Assembly: GCF_001194135.2 (NCBI RefSeq)
Contig: NC_069001.1
Coordinates: 38,521,377-38,561,340, forward strand
Reading direction: 5' to 3'
Source of the DNA: Octopus bimaculoides
Lineage: Eukaryota
Length of the DNA: 39,964 nucleotides
Position numbers and translations under genes: made by a program. The notes beneath the pieces are model-generated. The model was not told where the DNA came from. It saw nothing but the letters and a program-made list of their open reading frames with translations, and made no database searches. Positions 9,977 through 21,448 of the stretch are shown piece by piece; positions within the stretch are counted from its first letter, which is position 1, and every line of letters begins with the position of its first letter.

Positions 9977-10687
9977 GTAAGGTCACATTTGACATTGTTT
10001 ATGTCTGACACAAACTCGTACGTTTATATTTGTGTGTATATAAACTCATCCACACGTAATCCCACATATCCTACACAACTGTATATTTGTATCAAACAGG
10101 GAGTTGGACACAAATATATAGATATGTGTAAGGTGGGGAACGGGATGTGTGTGTGTGTGTGTGTTGTCAAGTCGCCACCGACACGAAATTTACAATAAAT
10201 CTATTCTCAGTTTCAAGATTCTTCAGAAGAACGGTCAGGTACAAAGACTAAAAACCTATTTTTATCCTCTCTATCCCATCCTCCGTTGTATTTGCGTTTG
10301 CACATCATAGATTCATCTGTTTCTACGATGTGCCAAGCGCGGCTTGGTAGTCGTAGGATCGACTAGTCACGACTCGCTGGCGCAGATGCGCGAGTGCGCG
10401 CACCAGGTCCCCTCTTCTTGAATAGGACCAGATTCTTATAAGTAAATATTCCGTTGTTATTCTTAAATTTGCTTTAAAATAATAACCTTAATATAATCCG
10501 CGCGCACATGTGTGAGTGTGCATCTAAACAGCGGCCTCTGCCAGTCTATACAGAAAACGTCATCTTATTTATCCTATGACTTGCCTCGAGTCTTGAAATT
10601 TGGGGCCCACAACTGGGATATTACATACATTCACTTTTATATATCTTGACCGACAGGTGTGCGCGCGTCTCACCCTCTTCGTACACA

Positions 10688-11082
10688 CAGGGTGGCTCAG
10701 AAGTAACCGAGCCCTAATTATTGTTAAAGGTTACAAATAAATGGAACAGAAATGTTTTTTCACAAGGTTACAGCAGATGCTGAAAATATAAACCAAGATT
10801 TGCAAATACAGTTACGACATCGTTCAATGGTTGAATCTGTTGCTTTTTTGCACAACTCCGGCGTAATACCTTGCCATGTATTTATGATGTTTTCTTTCAG
10901 ACCATTGAGTATTTTTGGTTTAGCGGCAAACACCTGGTTTTTGAGTACTCCCCAGAGAAAGAAGTCCGGAGGCCTTGCAGGCCATTCCACTGGTCCGCGG
11001 TGGCCAATCCATCTGCTCGGAAATGTTCATCAAGCAACATTCAATAAATTCAATAGGATTCGGTTACTTCTGGGCCACCCTG
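10688..11082 (-). mobile_element. Internally deleted Tc1/mariner-superfamily element with both TIRs
   Basis: The 23-bp TIR CAGGGTGGCTCAGAAGTAACCGA (10688-10710) matches the reverse complement of 11060-11082 with one mismatch; TA follows on the right. The minus strand encodes a transposase C-terminus, RWIGHRGPVEWPARPPDFFLWGVLKNQVFAAKPKILNGLKENI. Confidence 0.9.
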
Positions 11083-11299
11083 TATATANNNNNNNNNNNN
11101 NNNNNNNNNNNNNNNNNNNNNNNNNNNNNNNNNNNNNNNNNNNNNNNNNNNNNNNNNNNNNNNNNNNNNNNNNNNNNNNNNNNNNNNNNNNNNNNNNNNN
11201 NNNNNNNNNNNNNNNNNNNNNNNNNNNNNNNNNNNNNNNNNNNNNNNNNNNNNNNNNNNNNNNNNNNNNNNNNNNNNNNNNNNNNNNNNNNNNNNNNNN

Positions 11300-11335
<36 letters not shown>

Positions 11336-11823
11336 CATAATTTTGTATTCCCTTGTCATTTATATAACCTCTTCTTATACTCTGTGCTTGACTAACACAA
11401 TTTTCTCTGAAGCATGTTGAATTCTAACACCATGTTATTAGCGCCACTATACCTAAGTAAATACACACACACTCCCACACACGTTTAGTGTTGCAGTCAG
11501 ATGAAAGAGTAGTCGACAACTTAGTAGAGATTAATGATGTTTCATTTTGGTCAAGTCAGTCTGTTATTCCTCTGGGATTTTCCTGTGAGTCACAAAATCT
11601 TCAGGCAAGTTACAGTTGAGTGATAACTTACCTGGAAGACCCTGTTCATCTACAGGTGAAAGTCAGAGAAGCAAGAGATTGAATCGGCCAAAATAAAATA
11701 AAAATTGTGTGTGTATGAAAAGTTTCCTGTTATTTTGTGCATGTGTTTGTACATATACATCTGTGTGTGTGTAGTAATAATCTTTCTGCTTTTGAATCTT
11801 AACACTTATGAATCCATTTTCAG

Positions 11824-11972
11824 CAAGACCATTCTGATGATGAAGAGGAAGAGGAAGAAGAGTACGAAGAGGAAGATTATTCTTTACCCTTGAATTACAA
11901 ACAGTTACAGGTTCATGCCAAGTCTGCCAGAACTGACCACATGCTCAGCTCTGGACTAAACATATCTCGAAA
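11824..11972 (+). CDS. MTRES1: MTRES1-like exon 2 (acidic tract and start of S4-like domain)
   Basis: ttttcag|CAA...AA|gtaag, 149 bp, phase 0 to 2; reads QDHSDDEEEEEEEYEEEDYSLPLNYKQLQVHAKSARTDHMLSSGLNISR. Parallels the acidic tract and the YKxL...RxDxxLxxGLxIxR segment of MTRES1, recalled from memory. Confidence 0.85.
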
Positions 11973-12771
11973 GTAAGACCAATTTTTCACAATTCTTTCG
12001 TTATCCTCTCATTGAAATCTGTGTGGTTTGGTCAAGGAGAGGGTCTTGACCCTTTACAAGGTCTCTGAGAGTGGTGGGGTGGGTGAGAAGCTATCCACAG
12101 ATCAGGGACCTGATCTGAATGCTTACAACTGAATGGACCCTGGTTAAAGGCCCAACCCAACCCAAGGTGGACCAGGTGGTGGGGGTTAAACTGGTCAATT
12201 AAGTCCACCATCCAAAGTCATTCACCAAGTTTTCTTCACCAACCCAAGGAGGGGGGAAAAGACCTTTTCCCAAGACAGCTGACAAGCAGTGGGTTTGAAC
12301 CCCAAACCACATAGATACAAAGCGAACTTCTTCGCTGCACAGCCATACTTGTACTAGTATGGTAGGTGTTGGTTTGTTGTTGTTTAACCCCAAGTCGGAC
12401 CTGATCCTGCAAGCCTATGAGCAAAAGTATCCCAGCTGTTATCATCCTGTCTCTTATTCCTGCATAGTGTACCTAGGACTACATTATCTAATGTTTCCTT
12501 CCTTTTAACATAGTAGGAAATAATTTGGGTGAGGTTGGAGTGGTGACAGTCCTGTTTTGGTGGTAGCACCCTGGTGGGGAAGGTGATGGTATTGTAATAG
12601 TGGGATGGTGGTACTTAGTGGTTATAGTTCTGTAGGGGTTCTGAACTGATGGTAGTTGTGGTGGTCACGCTGTAATGGTTGTGTTGTGGTGGTAGTATTT
12701 TTTGTCATGATAAACTGTGTCCCATAATTCTAGTGTCCACTGTCTACAGTCTTAAATTCTGTCCATTTCAG

Positions 12772-12844
12772 CCAAATTGACCAATATTTCTACAGTGGTA
12801 AATTAAGACTGAACAATGAAAAACTGCTGAAGAAGGGTAAAGTT
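12772..12844 (+). CDS. MTRES1: MTRES1-like exon 3
   Basis: catttcag|C...GTT|gtaagt, 73 bp, phase 2 to 0; reads (N)QIDQYFYSGKLRLNNEKLLKKGKV, matching the FYxGxLRLNxEKLxKK motif. Confidence 0.88.
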
Positions 12845-14125
12845 GTAAGTATAGATATTTATCTATTGTCCACCTGGGTACTATACACTCTGTTTGAGTA
12901 CTGTACTGTTCCTCTTGGTACCATTCTATCTGAATACTGTTTTACATGCATAATGACTGCCTATGTAGGTGCTGTATTGACTATCAGGGTACTATAGTAT
13001 ATTGTTGGGTACATTGTTGGCTATATACCTGAGTACTGTACCGTCTATCAGGGTACTTTACGTTTTAACTAGGTCCTCCACTGCCCTCTTCCATACCTGG
13101 GTACTGTACAGTCTACCAGAAGTGAGAGAAGAGACTGCTGGGTAGAAATAAAATTGATGGTTTGAGAGAAATGGAGTAGAGTTGGGTTGTGGTGTTAATT
13201 TTGTTACTGGTTTTCAGTCTTGGGACTGCGACCATGCTGGGGCACTGCCTTTTAATGGTTTTTGTTGATTCCATCTGTATTACAAGTTAATCTGGTACTT
13301 ATTAAATGGCTAAGTCAACCTTAGTGTAAAGGTAGGTAACCCAACACTACCACAAGGTTTCTTTTTTTTTTTTTTGTTTGACTCTCTAATTTACTCCGAT
13401 ACACAAACATCATCATCATTCATCTGCTTTCCATGCTGGCATGGGTTGGACGGTTTGACAGGTGCTGACTGGGCAGATGACAGCACCAGGTTTCACTGTC
13501 CATTTTGACGTGGTTTTTCCAGCTGGATGCCTGTCCTAACACCAACCATCTTACACGGTCTTTAATATTCACTTTTCCATACTTTCATGGGTCACATGAG
13601 TGTTGTTGATGCAGGTTATTCTGTAACTGAGCACTCTTCCTATCATTATTCCTCCCCCCCCTCATCTTATTATTGTCCTTCTTCCTCACTCCTTCCACAC
13701 TGTCACCTGATCATTTTTCTCCCACATCATATTCTTACCTCTTTCTCTTTCTCTCCTTCCACCTTGGGTCACCTCCAATATGAGACGGAGCAATCCATTA
13801 ATTGAAGCAACATCATAGTCATTTCAGTAAAACCTGTCGACCGTAGGCAAAGTGGGATAACCCTAAGGACAAAGAAAAGCTCCTTCTATTTAGTTAATAA
13901 AAATTAATAATTTTTCATTTTGTTGTATCCAGAGGGTGGGTCGTAATTCCAATATAAACACATACACTGGCTATATTTCACTTCTTCTTTCATCACCATT
14001 TGTGCTCACATCTCTGATACAAAAACGAAATAATTTGTAATTTTTTTTTTCTTTCTGTTAATGTTTTTGTTTCATTTTATTTTTTAAATATTTAAAAACT
14101 ATTTTATTTTCCCCGTGTTCTGCAG

Positions 14126-14320
14126 ATGAAGGAAGGCGACTTTGCTGATTTAATTACTGCAGACATTTCCAGCGATAGCGTTGGTGATGCTGCTGATATC
14201 AAAGTGAAAAGAGTAAAAGTATTGAAGATATCAGAACCTAAAACTCAAAATGACAACCACACCGTGCTCCTGAGAGTTTGGCGCACAGCATTTCCACCTG
14301 GCGTTCCTGAAGGTTCCTAA
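14126..14320 (+). CDS. MTRES1: MTRES1-like terminal exon 4
   Basis: ttctgcag|ATG; reads MKEGDFADLITADISSDSVGDAADIKVKRVKVLKISEPKTQNDNHTVLLRVWRTAFPPGVPEGS*. The KxGDxxDL and VxLRxW motifs match the MTRES1 C-terminus. The joined CDS is 795 nt, 264 aa. Confidence 0.85.
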   Translation: MKEGDFADLITADISSDSVGDAADIKVKRVKVLKISEPKTQNDNHTVLLRVWRTAFPPGVPEGS

Positions 14321-14883
14321 CCATGTTGTTGTTGTTGTTGGCCCAAATCATCAGACTTTAGGTAAAATTTCTTACCTTGAACCTTTAACTAATCAACCAA
14401 AACAGTATAAACAATTAATACATTGATGTATTACTACTAATGATGATGATGTACTGGCTGGGGACGGGGAAATGATGCTGGTCTTCAAAATGTGTTTCCT
14501 TTTCCATCAATACAGTTGTATTAATGTTCTTCCTCGAAAATTGTTTAAAAAAAGGGTGTTTGTCCCCACAACATTGCTTGACAATTGATGCTGGTGTATT
14601 TACGTCCCTGTAACTTAGCGGTTCGGCAAAATAGACCTTTAAAAACACAAAAAAACCCCCCATCAAATTCACTTGAACGTTTAAATTTAATTTGTGTCAA
14701 AATATTTTCGTCACTTTAAAACTTCATACCACGTCTTTTTCGTGTGTTTTTAAATGGCTTATAAACACTTTTCATGCTGCAATTGTTTTTGTTTCAACAC
14801 ATAATCTCAGATTAAGTTACTTGCTGTGCACATACATTTCCGTAATCCAGTTCTATATTTAAGAGATGAGGAATTTTGTACAT

Positions 14884-15024
14884 TATTTACATTTGATGGA
14901 TATTTGTCCTCATCTTGTTTGTTTGTAAACATAACATTTTGGCTGATATACCCTCCAGCCTTCATCAGGTGTCTTGGGGGAAATTTCGAACCTGGGTTCG
15001 CATTCCTAAGGTATTTTTTGATGC

Positions 15025-15059
<35 letters not shown>

Positions 15060-15137
15060 TCACTGCCTGGAATGTATATCAGCCAAAATGTGTTAACAAC
15101 AAACAAGATGAAGACAAATATCCATCAAATGTAAATA
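14884..15137. repeat. Penelope-type terminal repeat with inverted arms and a decayed hammerhead motif
   Basis: Arms 14884-14951 and 15074-15137 are reverse complements. The minus strand at 14928-14973 reads GACAC CTGATGA A GGCTG...CAGCC AAAA TGTT ATGTT, a hammerhead with G12 to A and further transitions. Confidence 0.7.
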
Positions 15138-15199
15138 GTGTATCTCCGTAAAACATATATACATGACGCTCTGGTATTTGTGGCTATCATACCATGAGC

Positions 15200-15480
15200 T
15201 GACCTTCCCTATTTTCTTCTTAATCCTTTCAATGGTGACTTGCTCCTATAGAGTGGGCAAATCCCATTCCTATCGTTACGTTTAATAGTTTCAAATTTCC
15301 TCATAGCTCTTTTGTATCCTCTGATCCTTTCTTTGTGGCTGTAACCTGAAAACTGCATGTGGTGAATGAAATGTTGTATGTGTCTCTTTAACTCTGTAGG
15401 GTCACACATGCAGGACACATTTCGCATTACTCTGAGGTTCTCTCTACCCATGCAGAAGTACAACCCCCTCTGTTCTCAAA
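15200..15480 (-). mobile_element. Penelope-like element ORF fragment (RT C-terminal region)
   Basis: RENLRVMRNVSCMCDPTELKRHIQHFIHHMQFSGYSHKERIRGYKRAMRKF...GICPLYRSK; the MQFSGY...R and CPLYR pattern recalls PLE ORFs. Adjacent to PLE terminal repeats. Degenerate sequence may extend to about 16010. Confidence 0.5.
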
Positions 15481-16289
15481 GGGTCCACTGAATGGAGCCT
15501 AGCTTCTTCCTCTGACTCCATTCAGACCTCTATTGTTGCGTATCTTCTATCTCTTGTGAGGTATTTTATCTTGTGCCATATTAGTTTAGACATTTTCCCC
15601 ACCTCTGACTCCACTAGACTCAATTCTTATCTTTCACTTTAAACATTTTAAAGATAATCGTTTTCTTTTATGCTTTTCGGAGGGGTTACTTTAATTTCAG
15701 TCCTCTCCCTTATCAGATTTTTCTTGTGTTCTTTCCATATTTTCTAAATTTATTTTCTTTACTTTGGCTTCTGCCTCCACAGCAAAGTCCAATTTTGTCA
15801 CCAGGCTTCATGTTTCAACATTTCTTTCTTTGTTACTCCTTCCTTGTTGGGTGTTACTGTTGGTAAGCTGTTTCTTTTTATTGGTAGGAATTCCTTCTCT
15901 GATATGTCGGGAAAACACAGTCCCAGCAGACTTTCTTCCATAACGGTTTGCTTTTTCAAAGCAGACATAATAAACAGTTAATTCTCGCCCCCCCACCCAC
16001 CGTATGGGGAAATGAATAACAATTGCTTTACAAACGAAAGCAATAAACGTTCAGTATAACAATTTTCTGCTCTATAAATCTGAAAGATAAAATCTTGCTG
16101 TATTTATCTAGATTTACACTGATAGATTTTTTTTTTTTTTTTTTTAATTCACGTAAACCCCACAGAAAAAAAGTCGGAAAGCATTAATTTCCATGTTACC
16201 TAAAGTCATCCATGACAATTTTGTGTAAGCAATACCTTATCCTGCATTCCATATTTGAGATGTCGAAGGTTGATTTTGGTGGTCAAAGG

Positions 16290-17560
16290 TGTTTATATTA
16301 GTGTCTATTATTATTTATGACTACATGTTGAGAATGCTTCTGATTGACAATTTATTAAGTTCTTTTGACTATACAGTAAAATATACAGCGATTCTTTTGT
16401 ATAGACAGCAAATATTAGACTTATGTGTGTATGGTGTAACAGAATCTATTATTAACCAATCTAATCTACAGTTAACTTTTTTTTGCTTCAATTTGTGTAT
16501 ATAGGTAGCTAACGAAGTAGTATTACTAGTGATATTAGCCTTAAAGGAATGTATGTGTGCTAAAAAACTTTGCTTAAAATTAACAGAACTCCCTGTGTAT
16601 ACCATATTACTTAAACTATCCGTTAATGTAACTATACACTTGTATATCACCTTAAATCTGTTACATTTACCTTCTAAAGGGCTTGATTCTTTATTTTTAC
16701 ATGAGCAATTTTTATATTTCTCTTCAGAGGTATATCATCTAATATTATTATGAATATTTATTATGGTGCTTTATGTTATCGCTGAATTTGCTGTAGTCTT
16801 ATTGGTCTTGGAGTTAGATTTACTATTTGTGAATTATTACTACTATTAGTTTGTTGTATTGTATTACCTAAGGCATATTGTATATTTTCAAAAATATGGC
16901 TCTTAGAATTTTCTTCTATTGGTATCATTGCTATGTGTTCTAGCATTATCTGGCATCTTAGTGCTACTGTTTATTTCATTATTAGTATTATTACTAAAGC
17001 TATTTTTATATTTATTAATTCTTTTATTAGAACTGGCAATAATAGATCCTATGCTTGGCATTGTAGAGAAGGATATTTTAATTAATGATTCGTTAAATAT
17101 GTGGTGATATTTATGATTACTAGCAAAGCTTTTTTTAACTATATTTAAAAACTTTTTTGCTAAACACTTAACATTTAGTGAAAATGGATGTGTATACCAA
17201 ATAATTTCTCTCCTTCCGCTCCTATTAGGTAGTTTATTATTTTTATATATTGATTTAAGGATTTGTGTATTTTTTGCTAAGTGTTTATTGTTATTACTAT
17301 ATTTATTTCTTTGTCTATCATCACTTTTTCTATATTTTTTTGTTGTATTTTATAGAGGTTTCTTTTTGTTTTGTTATTTTTATTGTTGAGGTTATCTTTA
17401 TTTCTTATTTTAGTATAACATGAAGCTTTGTTTAATTCCATTTGATTATAAACATATATTAAACGACTGATAAATCGGTTTTCTTAGAATTTGAACCTGT
17501 ACACATTTAACCTACAATAAATAGACCTTTACAGTTGTAATAAAGAAAAATTATAATTTA
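16290..17560 (-). mobile_element. Degenerate Penelope-like element (linker plus GIY-YIG endonuclease)
   Basis: Around 17225-17040 it reads REIIWYTHPFSLNVKCLAKKFLNIVKK, then after a frameshift FASNHKYHHIFNESLIKISFSTMPSIGSIIASSN. At 16650-16369 it reads IYKCIV...VYTGSSVNFKQSFLAHIHSFK...TSLATYIHKLK...W.IID...Y...NICCL, a GIY-YIG domain of PLE type. Confidence 0.8.
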
Positions 17561-20500
17561 AAATGGTATCTTCTAGTTATACAAATAAAAATTTAATACT
17601 TTTGACCACCAAAATCAACCTTCCACACCTCAAATATGGAATGCAGGATATAGATTACCAAGAGGAACTTACCAAGGAGATATATATATATACATACAAA
17701 AAATTTTCTTACCAAAGTCGACCTGCATAAATGTAAACCAGTAAATTTTAATCTATTTTTCAAAAATACTTTCTCATATTTTTTTCTAATTTTAAAAACA
17801 ACATTCGATATATTATAAAAACTTTATCTTCTCCATCTCTGTCGAGCAGAAGTATTGTCTATCAATGTGTATCAACAATGGATTCCATTATAATGACAAT
17901 ACTTTCATGAAACGATTGTAAGATGCATTAATTAACAAATGTTTCATATATTTTTTAATACAATACTATTTTAGACATATCTTCGTGAGAAATTTTGTTT
18001 GATATTGACTTTCATGCTATTATTTCAAAATACAGAATATATAATCGCTCCTATTAATGTCTAAATACTTTATAATATTAATATTCTTGATATTTAATAC
18101 AAAGAGCACTCATTATAAATTCAGTGGATAATATTCTAACAGAATATATTTAATTAATGATACATGTATGAGGTGTCTGTAAAGACACAGACAAAAGAAG
18201 AAAAAACACGACTCGTTAACAGAAGGATTTTGTTGTATGTCATTAGTATTTATTAATGAGTCAGTTAAATAATTTGTTTGTATATATTTATTTTTGTTTT
18301 CGTTCCAAATCAAATGACAGCAATGAACCAATAAAGTGAGGCTGTGTGTGTGGAGGTGGGGAGGAGGAGGAGGATGATCGAGTCGTGTCTCCGAGGGGGT
18401 GGTCACGGTGGTGGTGGTGGAAGTGGTGGCAGAAGACAACAGCTGAAATTGAACCTACACACACACACACAGCAAGACATCATATGACATTTGGAATCAT
18501 CATCATCATCATCATAATTATTTATCATTTTATGTCCCTTTCTATTTCTCCATGCTTGCATGGATTGGAATATATGCAGAGATTAATAAAAGGTGCATCA
18601 GACTATGCTGGGTGATCACACACACACACACACACACTTCTCTAGGGTTCCTCTTACATCTCTGTACGCATGCTTACACAGGTTTTTCTCTCATGCTTCC
18701 TTCACACACACACACCTGAGTCTCTCTCACCTCCTGCCACCACACACACAGGGGTGGGCCCTTCTTTTACACCCCCTACACACACACAGCTGTTCCCATT
18801 CACCTCTATCCCAAGCTCTTCTCTCTTTCTCCCTCCAGCTCTAGACAAGGGGAGGGGGTGGGGGAAAGGTGAGACACACACACCCCTCCACCCCCTCTGC
18901 CATCACCTGACCAGCAGGATTAACTACAGGCTTTTTACAACATAACTGTAGTTTGAGTTAGTGAGATGATTACACACACACACATGCAAACACACACACA
19001 TATATATATACTTCATTGTAGTAATCATAATATATACACATATACATTTATATTTCAAAAAAATAATTAAAAAACAATTAGAAAACAAACCAAAAAACAA
19101 AACCCTGACACCTAAAATTTACTTCAATTTGAAATTTCTGTGGCAATTTTTCTTGGAATAATTTTGTGAATCTGAATGTCTTTAGACAGTCAGGAACATT
19201 TGTGAAGGTCATTTAGACGTCTAAGATCTTACTCTTTTTACTCGTTTCAGCCATGTGGCTGTGGTCATGCTGGAGCACCGCCATGAACGTTTCTTTTTTC
19301 TTTTTTTTTTTTTTGGCAGCCAGCAAAATTTGTGAATGTCTTTTTTACTGCCAGAAACATTCAAAGGGGGAGGAGCAAGAAAGAAAGAAAGAAAAAAAAA
19401 GGGATTCACTGATAGTAAGGTGGGTGGGGGGGTTGGAAGGTGGTGGGGGAGAGTCCTCACACAGACTGAGTTTAGAATGTGGGAGTGTGTGTGTGTGTGT
19501 AGTTTGCATATGTAACAATGTGTGAATGTGTTGGTGTACTTCCACACAGATAAAATGTGCGTATACACATATTTCACTACACATCATTATGTAAGCATAT
19601 ACATACATGTGTGTAGATGTGCAAGTGTTTATATAATTCTACATACATAAACATTCTAGCCAGCAGCTTCTGACCAAGCTGTTCCAAGTGTGTTTTATGC
19701 TTGTTTTTCTATGCTAGAATGGAGTGAATAAGTACATAAGAATCAAGGCATTGCTTTACAACCAGATTCCCATTTTGTTACTAACTCTTGTTTTTTTCTT
19801 CTCTTTTCAAGTAAAGGACTATTTGTGTGATTCATCGTTGAAAGGACAGAGCTAATGGACAACTTGTCGATGAAGATTATCAACAAACATCACCAATTTT
19901 TAAAAATCTTTACATTGCAAGGTGCAGAATGTAGACATACATACATACATACATACATACATAAAACCGGCTTCCACTCCGTTACTGTCGACCAATTTCG
20001 CTCACAAAGCATTAGTCAGTCTCATGCTACAGCAGAAGAAGACACTTGCTCGAAGGTGCCATTCACGGCGATAGAACTCAAAACTGTATGTTAACAAAGT
20101 GAACTTCATTACATACAGATGTGTGTGTGTGTCATTTTATGATGTTCAAATGGAAATGTAGCTACAAATAACTCCAAAAACGAAGTAAAAAACCTTTCAC
20201 ATAGAACAAGTGTGAGTATTGTCAACTCTTTTCTCTATAAGGGTCCGTTTGTTTTACCCCAAGATCTGTGCATTTAAAAATTTCTTAATGCTTCAAAATA
20301 TGATCTAAAATGTGTGTGTCAGAGTTCTTGGCTTATGTGTATGTGTGTGTATATACACACACATGCCAAGAACTCTGACATAGCAAGATATCTTTCCTGC
20401 TCTCTAAACCTATGACTAAAGCCCTTATCAGCCAAAATATCAGGATTATTGAAAGTTTTATAGTAAAGTTTGTACTACACTGCAGTGGCTGTTTATAAGA

Positions 20501-20965
20501 AAGAAAAAAAAAAGAGAAAGATGTGTTTTAAAGGAAGAACAATGATATAATGAAAAGGGAGGTGGGGTAGATGCTGAAATGAAGATGTAGGCCGAAAAAC
20601 AGGGACTTGGAGTATGTATGTGTGAGGTACAGAAAAGATTGTTCTGTAGAAAGAGCCAGACTACTACAGCCCCCCTCCCCCACACCACAGTAAGAGAAAA
20701 CAGAAAGGAAGAGGAATGGGAGGTGAGTGAAGCGAGTTAAGGGGAGGAGGGTCGACAGTTGACGAAATATGTACAATCGGAATTGGTTTCCTTCAAAAAA
20801 TAAAATAAAAGAGAAACAACAACAATACAACAATGATTAATCCATGATAGAATTTGCTTATAAAATATAATAATAATAATAATATTAATAACTATAAAAG
20901 TTTTCAAAATAATAATAATTAATAATAATAATAGTGTTGTATCTGTAAGAAAATTGAAACTGAAC

Positions 20966-21162
20966 TTAGAAAAGAAGGTCTGTGCCGGAGAAGTTTGACC
21001 ATGACGTTAGGTCTCTCTCATCGGCCGGAGTTAATTGATAAATGTCCACTTCTTGTCCATTATTCAGTTTCTTGTCATGTGCTACTGGCTTCAACTCCTC
21101 TTCCATTTGCATTCCAAATTCGTATTCCATTCCATGTTTGGAATGGTACCGGGCCAAACCTC
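20966..21162 (-). CDS. TPRN: Taperin-like terminal exon
   Basis: Minus-strand acceptor tttgtttttgtag|GA (phase 1, matching the previous exon). Reads (G)GLARYHSKHGMEYEFGMQMEEELKPVAHDKKLNNGQEVDIYQLTPADERDLTSWSNFSGTDLLF*, resembling taperin GLSSYTPKHS and its C-terminal LTPASQNDLSDFRSEPALYF, recalled from memory. Confidence 0.75.
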
Positions 21163-21306
21163 CTACAAAAACAAACAAAAAAATCAGGGTTTTTTTTCCA
21201 CAAATATTTATAAAACTTGCTAAACTTTCGACGGAAATAATTAAAAAAACGGTTTTTTTCCACACAAAACTAATTTTATAAATGATGGCATAAAACTTCT
21301 TGTAGC

Positions 21307-21448
21307 TATTTACATTTGACGGATATTTGTCCTCATCTTGTTTGTTGTTAACACAACGTTTCGGCTGATATACCCTCCAGCCTTCATCAGCCAAAACGTT
21401 GTGTTAACAACAAACAAGATGAGGACAAATATCCGTCAAATGTAAATA
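21307..21448. repeat. Near-perfect fold-back (63-bp arms, 16-nt loop) built from a Penelope terminal repeat and containing a hammerhead core
   Basis: 21307-21369 versus 21386-21448 are reverse complements with one mismatch. The minus strand contains CTGATGA-AGGCTG...CAGCC-GAAA-CGTT-GTGTT. Confidence 0.85.

Noticed and set aside
9480-10690. Possible reversed-without-complement (mirror) assembly segment, suggested by a CG excess over GC (about 34 versus 15 by hand count in 9541-10260)
   Set aside because: The sequence as given encodes a sensible presequence-like exon with a phase-matched GTAAG donor for MTRES1, and the mirror readings gave no convincing ORF. A CpG-rich 5' gene region explains the skew.
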